Shown here: piece after piece, positions 18,875-27,264 of the stretch | How the letters are laid out: each line of letters starts with the position of its first letter | How positions within the stretch are numbered: position 1 is the first letter of the stretch | Source of the DNA: Ruminococcus sp. | GTDB taxonomy: Bacteria; Bacillota; Clostridia; Oscillospirales; Acutalibacteraceae | Reading direction: 5' to 3' | DNA length: 64,000 bases | Assembly: GCA_045133455.1 (NCBI GenBank) | Contig: JBGUUJ010000035.1 | Coordinates: forward strand, 2,550 to 66,549 | Translations under genes and position numbers: made by a program | Notes under the pieces: generated by a model | The model's database searches: none | What the model was told of the DNA's origin: nothing | What the model saw: only the letters and a program-made list of their open reading frames with translations

Positions 18875-20084
18875 AAAGCTGATACCATATATCAACAATG
18901 CAAGAACTCACAGTGATGAGCAAATAAAGAAATTACGCTCATCACTTCGTGAGTTCGGCTTTGTCAATCCCGTTATCATTGACAGAGATTTCAACGTCAT
19001 AGCCGGACACGGCAGAATATTAGCTGCAAAGGCAGAAAACATATCTGAAGTACCTTGTGTGTTTGTGGACTACTTAAATGATGCACAGAAGAAAGCATAC
19101 ATACTGGCAGATAACCGTATGGCTATGGACGCAGGCTGGGACGAAGAGCTTTTGAGAGTTGAAATTGAGTCCTTGCAGGGTGCTGACTTTGACATCGGTC
19201 TTACAGGATTTGATGAAGATGAAATTGCAGAGCTTTTTGCCGATGAGAACGATGATGTAAAAGATGATGATTTTGATGTTGAGGGCGAGCTTGAAAAACC
19301 ACCTGTTACAAAAAGCGGTGACCTTTGGCTGCTGGGAAATCACAGACTCATCTGCGGTGACAGCACAAAGGAAGAAACCTATGCTCACCTTATGGACGGC
19401 AAGAAAGCAAACCTTGTTGTTACTGACCCACCATACAATGTCAACTACGAGGGCAGTGCAGGAAAAATTAAGAACGATAATCTTGAAAACGATAAGTTCT
19501 ATCAGTTCTTGCTCGATGCCTTTCAGAATACTGAAAAGGCTATGGCAGATGATGCGAGCATCTATGTTTTCCACGCAGATACAGAAGGACTAAATTTCAG
19601 AAAAGCATTCAATGACGCAGGCTTTTATCTTTCGGGAACTTGCATATGGAAAAAGCAAAGCCTTGTGCTTGGCAGAAGTCCGTATCAGTGGCAGCACGAG
19701 CCTGTGCTGTTCGGCTGGAAGAAGAACGGCAAGCACAAGTGGTACTCCGACAGAAAGCAGACCACAATATGGGAGTTCGACAAGCCGAAGAAAAACGGTG
19801 ACCACCCCACAATGAAGCCTGTTCCGCTTATTGCATATCCGATTAAAAATTCAAGTATGACAAACTGCATCGTGCTTGACCCATTTGGCGGCAGCGGAAG
19901 TACACTTATTGCCTGTGAGCAGACAAACAGAATTTGTTATACATCAGAGCTTGACGAAAAATACTGCGATGTAATTGTTAAAAGATACATCGAACAGGTC
20001 GACACAACTGAAAATGTGTATGTGGTGCGTGACGGACTTACATACCGATATGATGATTTGGTAGGTATTGAGGAAACAGAATAG
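18837..20084 (+). CDS. ParB-like nuclease domain fused to DNA N6/N4 methyltransferase
   Basis: ParB-N: VEKLIPYINNARTHSDEQIKKLRSSLREFGFVNPVII...IAGHGR; MTase: VVTDPPYN and DPFGGSGSTLIACE. Confidence 0.9.
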   Translation: MKTTTEMQLVPVEKLIPYINNARTHSDEQIKKLRSSLREFGFVNPVIIDRDFNVIAGHGRILAAKAENISEVPCVFVDYLNDAQKKAYILADNRMAMDAGWDEELLRVEIESLQGADFDIGLTGFDEDEIAELFADENDDVKDDDFDVEGELEKPPVTKSGDLWLLGNHRLICGDSTKEETYAHLMDGKKANLVVTDPPYNVNYEGSAGKIKNDNLENDKFYQFLLDAFQNTEKAMADDASIYVFHADTEGLNFRKAFNDAGFYLSGTCIWKKQSLVLGRSPYQWQHEPVLFGWKKNGKHKWYSDRKQTTIWEFDKPKKNGDHPTMKPVPLIAYPIKNSSMTNCIVLDPFGGSGSTLIACEQTNRICYTSELDEKYCDVIVKRYIEQVDTTENVYVVRDGLTYRYDDLVGIEETE

Positions 20085-20092
20085 TTACCAAA

Positions 20093-20120
20093 AGAAAAAA
20101 AAGAGCGGAATAACCGCCCT
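20093..20120 (-). terminator. terminator of the minus-strand RHH gene (hairpin also ends the plus-strand MTase gene)
   Basis: Minus strand reads gggcggttattccgctc followed by T8. Confidence 0.5.
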
Positions 20121-20127
20121 TAAATTC

Positions 20128-20310
20128 TTAGTCCTTATCCACTTCAATCTCGCCGTGCTTTTCCTCAAAGGCTTTTACCCTCTGCTTAATATACTGCTCA
20201 ATCTCACGGTTGGCTGAACGACCTTCGTAGTCTGCAATATATCTGAACTTCTGAAAAAGTGTTCGGTTTACTCTTAGTGTGTATCTTAAAATGTTATCGT
20301 CCATAATCAA
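20128..20310 (-). CDS. ribbon-helix-helix (Arc/CopG-like) DNA-binding protein
   Basis: RYTLRVNRTLFQKFRYIADYEGRSANREIEQYIKQ is the RHH pattern; the only minus-strand gene in the prophage. Confidence 0.75.
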   Translation of the reverse strand: MIMDDNILRYTLRVNRTLFQKFRYIADYEGRSANREIEQYIKQRVKAFEEKHGEIEVDKD

Positions 20311-20326
20311 ATCTCCTCGATGTTAT

Positions 20327-20399
20327 TATGACATCATTTTAACGCAATTATTGCGCCATAACGAAAATGGTGGTATTATAGTGTCATAGTGGTGTCATA
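20327..20399. promoter_or_regulatory. divergent control region with GTGTCATA repeats and a CGCAAT-T-ATTGCG palindrome
   Basis: TATGACAT 20327-20334 (inverted), palindrome 20343-20355, GTGTCATA 20381-20388 and 20392-20399 (11-nt spacing). Confidence 0.45.
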
Positions 20400-20422
20400 T
20401 TTTTAAAAGGAGATTGAAATTT

Positions 20423-20755
20423 ATGAAGGTAGCAGTAGTAGGTTCAAGAAATCTTACAATCAATAATCTTGGCGACTATCTGCCCAAAGATACAACGGAA
20501 ATAGTCAGCGGCGGTGCAAGAGGAATTGACAGGTGTGCAAGAATGTATGCAAATACCCATAGCATAAAGCTGACGGAATTTCTGCCCCAATATGAAATCT
20601 ATGGACGGTCAGCTCCATTAAAAAGAAATCTGCAAATAATCGGATATGCCGATATGGTTCTCGCCTTTTGGGACGGCAAATCCAACGGAACACGCTTTGT
20701 AATTGAAAACTGCAAAAAGGAGAATATTCCGATTAAGGTATTCACTACTGTTTAA
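20423..20755 (+). CDS. SLOG/DUF2493 (DprA-like Rossmann) protein
   Basis: VAVVGSRN...IVSGGARGIDRCA...VLAFWDGKSNGT. Confidence 0.7.
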   Translation: MKVAVVGSRNLTINNLGDYLPKDTTEIVSGGARGIDRCARMYANTHSIKLTEFLPQYEIYGRSAPLKRNLQIIGYADMVLAFWDGKSNGTRFVIENCKKENIPIKVFTTV

Positions 20756-20767
20756 TACTCACACTTA

Positions 20768-20800
20768 AAACCGCTGGATTTTCGGCGGTTTGTTTATTTG
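20768..20800 (+). terminator. Rho-independent terminator
   Basis: aaaccgc...gcggttt stem followed by a T-rich tract. Confidence 0.6.
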
Positions 20801-20880
20801 GCAGAATTTCAAAATTACACTTGCAATAACAGCCGTTTTGAGTGATATATGTTACTGATAAAATTCAGGAGGTAACTAGA

Positions 20881-21105
20881 ATGAATTTTCCAAATAGAGA
20901 AACAGTCGAACGGGTTCTTAGAGAATACCCAATCGGAACAAGAGTTGAGCTTGTAAAAATGGACGATGTTCAGGCACCACCTGTTGGTACTAAAGGTACC
21001 GTAAAAGGTGTTGACGATACGGCAAGTCTGCTTGTTGATTGGGATAACGGTTGTGGTCTTAATGTGATTTATGGTATCGACAAGGTACGCAAGATACAGT
21101 CTTAA
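20881..21105 (+). CDS. DUF4314-like small protein
   Basis: YPIGTRVELVKMDDVQAPPVGTKGTVKGVDDTASLLVDWDNGCGLNV; RBS AGGAGG. Confidence 0.6.
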   Translation: MNFPNRETVERVLREYPIGTRVELVKMDDVQAPPVGTKGTVKGVDDTASLLVDWDNGCGLNVIYGIDKVRKIQS

Positions 21106-21239
21106 CCACTATAAAATACACAATATATTGTATTAAAGATTGTGCATATTACTTTTCAAAATTGCTTGCTATTATCCTCAAAAAGAGCGAATATGTGTGT
21201 GCCGAAAGGGACAAACACACAATTACGGAGGACAAAAAA

Positions 21240-22187
21240 ATGAGCGAAAAGACATTAAGACAAATCGAGGAAATGAAAAAGCAGACAATCGGTGTTGAGG
21301 TTGAAATGAACAACATCACAAGGAATAAAGCCGCAAAAATCGCAGCCGACTTCTTCGGCACAGGCAGATACGAAAATACAGCCGACAGAAACGGTTACTG
21401 CACTTGGTCAGCGTATGACGAGCAAGGCAGAGAGTGGAAATTCCAAAAGGATGTGAGCATTGCAGGACCTGACAGCGAGAAGTGCGAAATGGTAACACCA
21501 ATCCTTACCTACGCAGACATTGAAACCTTGCAGGAGCTTATAAGACGACTGAGAAAAGCCGGAGCAAAGAGTGATTCAACAAGGGGTTGCGGAGTACACA
21601 TTCACATCGGAGCAAAGGGACACACAGCACAGACCTTGAGAAACCTTGCAAACATTATGGCAAGCCACGAAAGTCTTTTATCCGAGGCTTTAAACCTTGA
21701 TGGTGACAGAATCAGACGCTACTGCAGAACGGTTGACACAAGATTTTTAGAGCAGGTCAACAGAAGAAAGCCGAAAACAATGTCGGAGCTTGCCGATGTA
21801 TGGTACAAGAGCCACGATGAAAACTACGGCAGAAATCACCATTACAACGGAAGCCGATACCATATGCTCAACCTCCACGCAACCTTTACAAAGGGAACGG
21901 TTGAATTCAGGCTTTTCCAATTCGACAAGCCATCAAACGGCAAGCAGAACGGACTTCACGCAGGACAGCTTAAGAGTTACATTCAGCTTTGCTTAGCCCT
22001 TAGCCAAATGGCAAAGGAAGTGAGAACGGCAAGTCCGAAACCACAGCAAAGCGAAAACCCAAAATACGCAATGAGAACTTGGCTTTTAAGACTCGGCTTT
22101 ATCGGTGACGAGTTCAAGACAGCAAGAGAACTTCTTACAAAAAGGCTTTCAGGTGACGGAGCTTTCCGCAACGGAAGAGCCGCTTGA
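21240..22187 (+). CDS. amidoligase (glutamine-synthetase-like Amidoligase_2 family)
   Basis: IGVEVEMN...EWKFQKDVSI...CEMVTPIL...GCGVHIHIG pattern; ATG 21240 follows GGAGG. Confidence 0.75.
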   Translation: MSEKTLRQIEEMKKQTIGVEVEMNNITRNKAAKIAADFFGTGRYENTADRNGYCTWSAYDEQGREWKFQKDVSIAGPDSEKCEMVTPILTYADIETLQELIRRLRKAGAKSDSTRGCGVHIHIGAKGHTAQTLRNLANIMASHESLLSEALNLDGDRIRRYCRTVDTRFLEQVNRRKPKTMSELADVWYKSHDENYGRNHHYNGSRYHMLNLHATFTKGTVEFRLFQFDKPSNGKQNGLHAGQLKSYIQLCLALSQMAKEVRTASPKPQQSENPKYAMRTWLLRLGFIGDEFKTARELLTKRLSGDGAFRNGRAA

Positions 22188-22252
22188 AGAATATAGGTAC
22201 ACACCCCACCGACCGCTTCGGCGGTCTTAAGGCGGTGAAAGGACTGATTAAA

Positions 22253-22729
22253 ATGAAAAAAAGATACTACGTTGCCTATGGCAGTAACCTGAATGTAAGG
22301 CAGATGAAAATACGCTGTCCGAAAGCAAGACTTGTGGGAACAGCAATTTTGGAAAATCACATACTCTATTTCAGAGGAAGTCTTACGGGTTCGTATTTAA
22401 CCATAGAGCCGAAAATCGGAGCAAGCGTTCCTGTTGCCGTTTGGGAAGTAACACCCTCTGACGAAAAAGCACTTGACCGCTACGAGGGTTATCCGAATTT
22501 TTACTACAAGCAGGACTACACCTTGAAAGTGACAAGTATGGACAAAACAAAAGAAACCACGCTTGATTGCTTTGCGTATGTGATGAGGTCGGACAGACCG
22601 ATAGGCATTCCGTCAGATTACTATGTTTACACCTGTCTTGAGGGTTATGAATACTTCGGATTTGAGAAGAGAATTTTGCTTAATACAGTTGACAGAATGA
22701 GGAGGATATTATGCAGACGAATGAAATAA
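22253..22729 (+). CDS. gamma-glutamyl cyclotransferase (AIG2/GGCT-like)
   Basis: YYVAYGSNLNVRQMKIRCP...VAVWEV...LDRYEGYPNFY. Confidence 0.8.
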   Translation: MKKRYYVAYGSNLNVRQMKIRCPKARLVGTAILENHILYFRGSLTGSYLTIEPKIGASVPVAVWEVTPSDEKALDRYEGYPNFYYKQDYTLKVTSMDKTKETTLDCFAYVMRSDRPIGIPSDYYVYTCLEGYEYFGFEKRILLNTVDRMRRILCRRMK

Positions 22730-22914
22730 GGGTTCAGGTATGCCCGAAATGCGGAAAGCTTTTCAGCGAGCGAGGTGCAGTTTCGAGGGTTGATAATGTA
22801 ACGATTGTGTGCTCTGACTGCGGAACACGCGAAGCGCTGGAAAGCATAGGAGTTGATGAAACGGAGCAGGAGAAAATTCTTGATACTATTCACAGTACTG
22901 CGCAGACCTATTGA
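22711..22914 (+). CDS. small zinc-ribbon protein
   Basis: CPKCG...(x17)...CSDCG; RBS GAGGAGG; overlaps the GGCT gene's 3' end. Confidence 0.5.
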   Translation: MQTNEIRVQVCPKCGKLFSERGAVSRVDNVTIVCSDCGTREALESIGVDETEQEKILDTIHSTAQTY

Positions 22915-22938
22915 TTTTTCGGTGAACTCTGATACAAT
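22911..22938 (+). promoter_or_regulatory. sigmaA-type promoter of the AT-rich moron
   Basis: TTGATT, 16-nt spacer, TGaTACAAT (extended -10). Confidence 0.5.
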
Positions 22939-22982
22939 ATATTTAGTATTATGAATTTAGCAATATCAAGGTGGGATCTATT

Positions 22983-23348
22983 ATGGTCACATTTAGACTT
23001 ATAGATGAAAATATAAGATATATCATTTATTGGTATTTCCCAGAGGGTAATGAAGAAAAAGGAAATGGTATAATCACTATTGATAAAGAAAATGATTGTA
23101 TAGATATATCTAAATTAGCACCTGATGATTTTACAAGGATAATAACAATAGAAGAACAAAATGCGATGAGAGATTCGATAAATCAAATGAGAATCGAAGA
23201 AGGAATGGAAGAATTATCTGAAGAAGAATTTCCGAGTGCAACGAAACCATTGACAAAAACATTTTATGCTGATCACGCTATTAGAAAAATTGTAGAATCA
23301 TACAATAATGGTATTGTTCTTAAAGATGGTATGGCTGCATGGTATTAA
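22983..23348 (+). CDS. hypothetical protein (AT-rich moron)
   Basis: Visibly AT-rich ORF with its own promoter and terminator 23372-23405, inserted just before terL. Confidence 0.45.
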   Translation: MVTFRLIDENIRYIIYWYFPEGNEEKGNGIITIDKENDCIDISKLAPDDFTRIITIEEQNAMRDSINQMRIEEGMEELSEEEFPSATKPLTKTFYADHAIRKIVESYNNGIVLKDGMAAWY

Positions 23349-23371
23349 CAATTATAGTAAAAAGTAATTTT

Positions 23372-23405
23372 TAGCATCGGTTAGAAATAATCGGTGCTAT
23401 TTTTA
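23372..23405 (+). terminator. Rho-independent terminator
   Basis: tagcatcgg...tcggtgcta 9-bp stem (2 G-U) followed by TTTTT. Confidence 0.65.
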
Positions 23406-23426
23406 TGCCCTATTGGAGATGAGATT

Positions 23427-25028
23427 TTGAGAAAACTTAAAAATTACAAGCCTACAAAATTCAAAGCAAAGGACAGCTATTACGATAAGGAGTACGCTGA
23501 TTTTGCCGTTGCCTTTATAGAAAGCCTTTGCCACACTAAAGGCACCTGGGCGGGAAAACCCTTTGAGCTTATGGACTGGCAGGAGCAGATTATTCGTGAC
23601 CTGTTCGGCATTTTGAAGCCAAACGGATACAGACAGTTCAACACAGCATACATTGAAATTCCAAAGAAGAACGGTAAATCTGAATTAGCTGCGGCTGTTG
23701 CACTTCTGCTCACCTGTGGTGACGGTGAACAGCGAGCCGAGGTTTACGGTGCAGCTGCCGACAGACAACAGGCGTCAATCGTTTTTGATGTTGCCGCAGA
23801 TATAGTGCGTATGTGTCCGGCTCTGAATAAAAGAGTAAAGATACTTGCCTCACAGAAAAGGCTGATTTACGAACCCACAAACAGCTTTTATCAGGTGCTA
23901 TCTGCCGAGGCATATAGCAAACACGGCTTTAATGTTCACGGTGTTGTGTTTGATGAACTGCACAGTCAACCGAACAGAAAACTCTATGATGTTCTAACTA
24001 AGGGTAGCGGTGATGCACGAATGCAGCCGCTCTTTTTTCTGATCACAACAGCCGGCACAGATACACACTCAATCTGCTATGAGGTTCATCAAAAGGCACA
24101 GGATATTATTGATGGGCGAAAAATCGACCCTACATTCTATCCTGTAATTTACGGCGCTGATGATACCGAGGACTGGACAAGTCCGAAGGTCTGGAAAAAG
24201 TGCAATCCATCTCTGGGTGAAACTATCGGAATGGATAAAGTTAAAACCGCTTGCGAGAGTGCAAAGCAAAATCCCGGCGAAGAAAACTCATTCCGACAGC
24301 TAAGACTTAATCAGTGGGTAAAACAGGCAGTCCGTTGGATGCCAATGGATAAGTGGGATAAGTGCGCCTTTGCCGTAAACGAAGAACAGCTTGAAGGCAG
24401 AGTTTGCTATGGCGGACTTGACCTATCAAGTACAACAGATATTACTGCATTTTTGCTTGTGTTCCCTCCGCTTGATGAAGAAGATAAGTACATCATTCTG
24501 CCATACTTCTGGATACCCGAGGACACACTCGACCTGCGTGTTAAACGTGACCATGTACCGTATGATGTATGGGAGCGAAAGGGATACTTGCAGACCACAG
24601 AGGGAAATGTTGTTCATTACGGCTATATTGAGAAATTCATTGAAGAACTCGGAAAGAAATTCAACATCAGAGAAATTGCATTCGACCGTTGGGGCGCAGT
24701 TCAGATGGTACAGAACCTTGAGGGTATGGGATTTACCGTTGTTCCCTTCGGACAGGGCTTTAAGGATATGTCACCACCCACAAAGGAGCTTATGAAACTA
24801 ACTCTTGAACAGAAAATCGCACACGGCGGTCACCCTGTCTTGCGTTGGAATATGGACAACATCTTCATTCGTACAGACCCTGCCGGAAACATAAAAGCAG
24901 ACAAAGAAAAATCCACAGAGAAAATTGACGGTGCTGTTGCCACGATTATGGCACTGGACAGAGCAATTCGCTGTGGGAATGATATGAGTGAAAGCGTATA
25001 TGACAGTCGTGGTTTGCTTTTTTTATAA
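23427..25028 (+). CDS. terL: terminase large subunit
   Basis: GTWAGKPFELMDWQ..., Walker-like IEIPKKNGKSELAAA; nuclease half with DRWG; ORF-track start 23394 lies inside the terminator, so TTG 23427 after GGAGATGAG is preferred. Confidence 0.88.
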   Translation: MRKLKNYKPTKFKAKDSYYDKEYADFAVAFIESLCHTKGTWAGKPFELMDWQEQIIRDLFGILKPNGYRQFNTAYIEIPKKNGKSELAAAVALLLTCGDGEQRAEVYGAAADRQQASIVFDVAADIVRMCPALNKRVKILASQKRLIYEPTNSFYQVLSAEAYSKHGFNVHGVVFDELHSQPNRKLYDVLTKGSGDARMQPLFFLITTAGTDTHSICYEVHQKAQDIIDGRKIDPTFYPVIYGADDTEDWTSPKVWKKCNPSLGETIGMDKVKTACESAKQNPGEENSFRQLRLNQWVKQAVRWMPMDKWDKCAFAVNEEQLEGRVCYGGLDLSSTTDITAFLLVFPPLDEEDKYIILPYFWIPEDTLDLRVKRDHVPYDVWERKGYLQTTEGNVVHYGYIEKFIEELGKKFNIREIAFDRWGAVQMVQNLEGMGFTVVPFGQGFKDMSPPTKELMKLTLEQKIAHGGHPVLRWNMDNIFIRTDPAGNIKADKEKSTEKIDGAVATIMALDRAIRCGNDMSESVYDSRGLLFL

Positions 25029-25044
25029 AAATGTAAAAAAGGTA

Positions 25045-25075
25045 TTGACTCTTACGCTGCGTAATAGTTTATAAT
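25045..25075 (+). promoter_or_regulatory. MerR-type promoter (19-nt spacer with palindromic operator)
   Basis: TTGACT, 19-nt spacer, TATAAT; spacer contains TTACGC-T-GCGTAA. Confidence 0.65.
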
Positions 25076-25100
25076 ACAATCACACGAGGAGGAATGCCAG

Positions 25101-25829
25101 ATGAAAACAGTACATGAAGTAAGCAAGTTAGCCGGGGTGAGTATACGCACCCTGCAATACTACGACAAGATAGGTCTTTTACACCCTGCAAAATATACCG
25201 AGTCGGGCTACAGGCTGTATGACGATACGGCACTGGAAAAGCTGCAACAGATTTTATTGTTTCGTGAACTGGAATTTTCGCTTAAGGATATAAAGGCGAT
25301 TATGGACAATCCGAATTTTGACCGAAGAAAAGCCTTGGAACAACAGATTGCTCTACTTACATTAAAAAAGGAGCATTTAAAAAACCTTATAGACCTTGCT
25401 CGTGATATAAAAGATATTGGAGTGAATAAAATGGATTTTACGGCATTTGATACAAGTAAGATTGATGAATATGCAGCACAGGCAAAATCATTATGGGGAA
25501 ACACTCCCGAATACCGTGAATTTGAAGAAAAAAGCAAAAACCGAACAGCACAGGAAGAGCAAACTATCAGTACACAGATGATGGGTATATTTGCCGAGTT
25601 CGGAACAATGCTTAAACTTGACCCTAGCGCAGAAAAAGTTCAATCACAGGTAAAAAAACTGCAGGATTTTATTACCGAAAACTTCTATAACTGTTCAGAT
25701 GAAATTTTATACAGTCTTGGCAGTATGTATGTCAGTGGTGGAGATTTCACGGAAAACATTGATATGACCGGTGGAAAAGGCACAGCAGAATTTGTTTTTA
25801 AGGCTATTAAAATTTACTGCAACAAATAA
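25101..25829 (+). CDS. MerR-family regulator with TipAS-like C-terminal domain
   Basis: VSKLAGVSIRTLQYYDKIGLLHPAKYTESGYRLYDD; long helical C-terminus ending in GDFTENID. Confidence 0.8.
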   Translation: MKTVHEVSKLAGVSIRTLQYYDKIGLLHPAKYTESGYRLYDDTALEKLQQILLFRELEFSLKDIKAIMDNPNFDRRKALEQQIALLTLKKEHLKNLIDLARDIKDIGVNKMDFTAFDTSKIDEYAAQAKSLWGNTPEYREFEEKSKNRTAQEEQTISTQMMGIFAEFGTMLKLDPSAEKVQSQVKKLQDFITENFYNCSDEILYSLGSMYVSGGDFTENIDMTGGKGTAEFVFKAIKIYCNK

Positions 25830-25850
25830 TGCGATAATGTAATAGCGGAG

Positions 25851-25885
25851 AGCATCTATCAAAAATGGTAGGTGCTTTTCTTTTG
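25851..25885 (+). terminator. Rho-independent terminator
   Basis: agcatcta...taggtgct stem followed by TTTTCTTTT. Confidence 0.6.
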
Positions 25886-25911
25886 CCCATTATGAAAGGA
25901 TAGTGATATAT

Positions 25912-27264
25912 ATGAGCATATTTTCAGGACTTTTCCGTTCAAGAGATAAGCCTAAAAACAGAACAGCAGGCAGTGCCTACACCTTTTACACAGGCAGGAC
26001 AACAGCCGGGAAAGCTGTGACACAGCGTTCTGCTATGCAAATGACGGCAGTGTACTCCTGTGTTCGTATTCTGTCGGAGGCTATTGCTAGTCTGCCCCTG
26101 CACCTTTACAGATACACAGACAGTGGTGGTAAGGAAAAAGCAACAGACAGTCCTCTGTACTTTTTGCTCCACGATGAGCCGAACCCTGAAATGACATCAT
26201 TTGTTTTCAGAGAAACTCTGATGACTCATCTGCTATTGTGGGGCAACGCTTATGCACAAATCATACGCAACGGCAAGGGAGAAGTAACAGCCTTTTATCC
26301 ACTTATGCCGGACAGAATGACCGTTGACAGAGATGAAAACGGCAGACTGTATTATGAGTACATTGTAAGCACCGATGATGCACCAATCAATAAAAAGTCG
26401 ATTGTAAGGCTACAACCGTTTGATGTTCTGCATATTCCGGGACTGGGTTTTGACGGACTTGTGGGTTATTCACCTATTGCTATGGCTAAAAACTCAATCG
26501 GTATGGCTATTGCCTGCGAGGAGTACGGGTCAAAGTTCTTTGCAAACGGTGCCGCACCCAGCGGTGTGCTTGAACACCCCGGCACAATAAAGGACCCGTC
26601 AAGAGTAAGAGAAAGCTGGACTCAGTCCTTTGGCGGCAGTTCAAACGCACACAAAGTTGCAGTGCTTGAGGAGGGTATGAAATACACGCCTATTTCAATC
26701 TCGCCCGAACAGGCACAATTCCTTGAAACAAGAAAATTTCAAATAAACGAAATTGCTCGAATTTTCAGAGTTCCACCCCATATGGTTGGCGACCTTGAAA
26801 AGTCGAGCTTTTCTAATATTGAGCAACAGTCACTTGAATTTGTGAAGTACACACTTGAGCCTTGGATAATCAGGTGGGAACAGTCGATTTCCCGTTCCTT
26901 GCTTTCAAAAGACGAGAAAGCAAAGTACTTTGTAAAATTCAATGTTGACGGACTGCTCCGAGGTGACTATCAAAGCCGAATGAACGGATATGCAACAGCA
27001 AGGCAGAATGGCTGGATGTCGGCAAATGACATCAGAGAGCTTGAAAACCTCGACCGCATATCAGCAGAGGAAGGCGGAGATTTGTACCTCATAAACGGCA
27101 ATATGCTGCCTCTCAAAAATGCAGGTGCATTTGCTGAAACTAATAACAAGGAGGAAAACAACGAAGATGAAGAAGTTTTGGAAGTGGAAGAATCAGACTC
27201 AGAACAGTCCGACCGAGAGGGTTCTGACTCTCAACGGCACAATCGCCGAAGAAAGCTGGTTTGA
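25912..27264 (+). CDS. portal protein (HK97 family)
   Basis: Size and position after terL; MQMTAVYSCVRILSEAIASLPLHLY and HMVGDLEKSSFSNIEQQSLEF are typical portal stretches. Confidence 0.88.
   Translation: MSIFSGLFRSRDKPKNRTAGSAYTFYTGRTTAGKAVTQRSAMQMTAVYSCVRILSEAIASLPLHLYRYTDSGGKEKATDSPLYFLLHDEPNPEMTSFVFRETLMTHLLLWGNAYAQIIRNGKGEVTAFYPLMPDRMTVDRDENGRLYYEYIVSTDDAPINKKSIVRLQPFDVLHIPGLGFDGLVGYSPIAMAKNSIGMAIACEEYGSKFFANGAAPSGVLEHPGTIKDPSRVRESWTQSFGGSSNAHKVAVLEEGMKYTPISISPEQAQFLETRKFQINEIARIFRVPPHMVGDLEKSSFSNIEQQSLEFVKYTLEPWIIRWEQSISRSLLSKDEKAKYFVKFNVDGLLRGDYQSRMNGYATARQNGWMSANDIRELENLDRISAEEGGDLYLINGNMLPLKNAGAFAETNNKEENNEDEEVLEVEESDSEQSDREGSDSQRHNRRRKLV

Noticed and set aside
23394-23426. ORF-track start 23394 for terL, and similarly 15157 for VRR-NUC, 21162 for amidoligase, 22184 for GGCT, 58740 for ORF 58815 and 50667 for the giant ORF.
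   Set aside because: These upstream extensions overlap terminators, ribozyme or intergenic signals and lack an RBS. Internal starts with GGAGG-type RBSs at proper spacing were chosen instead.
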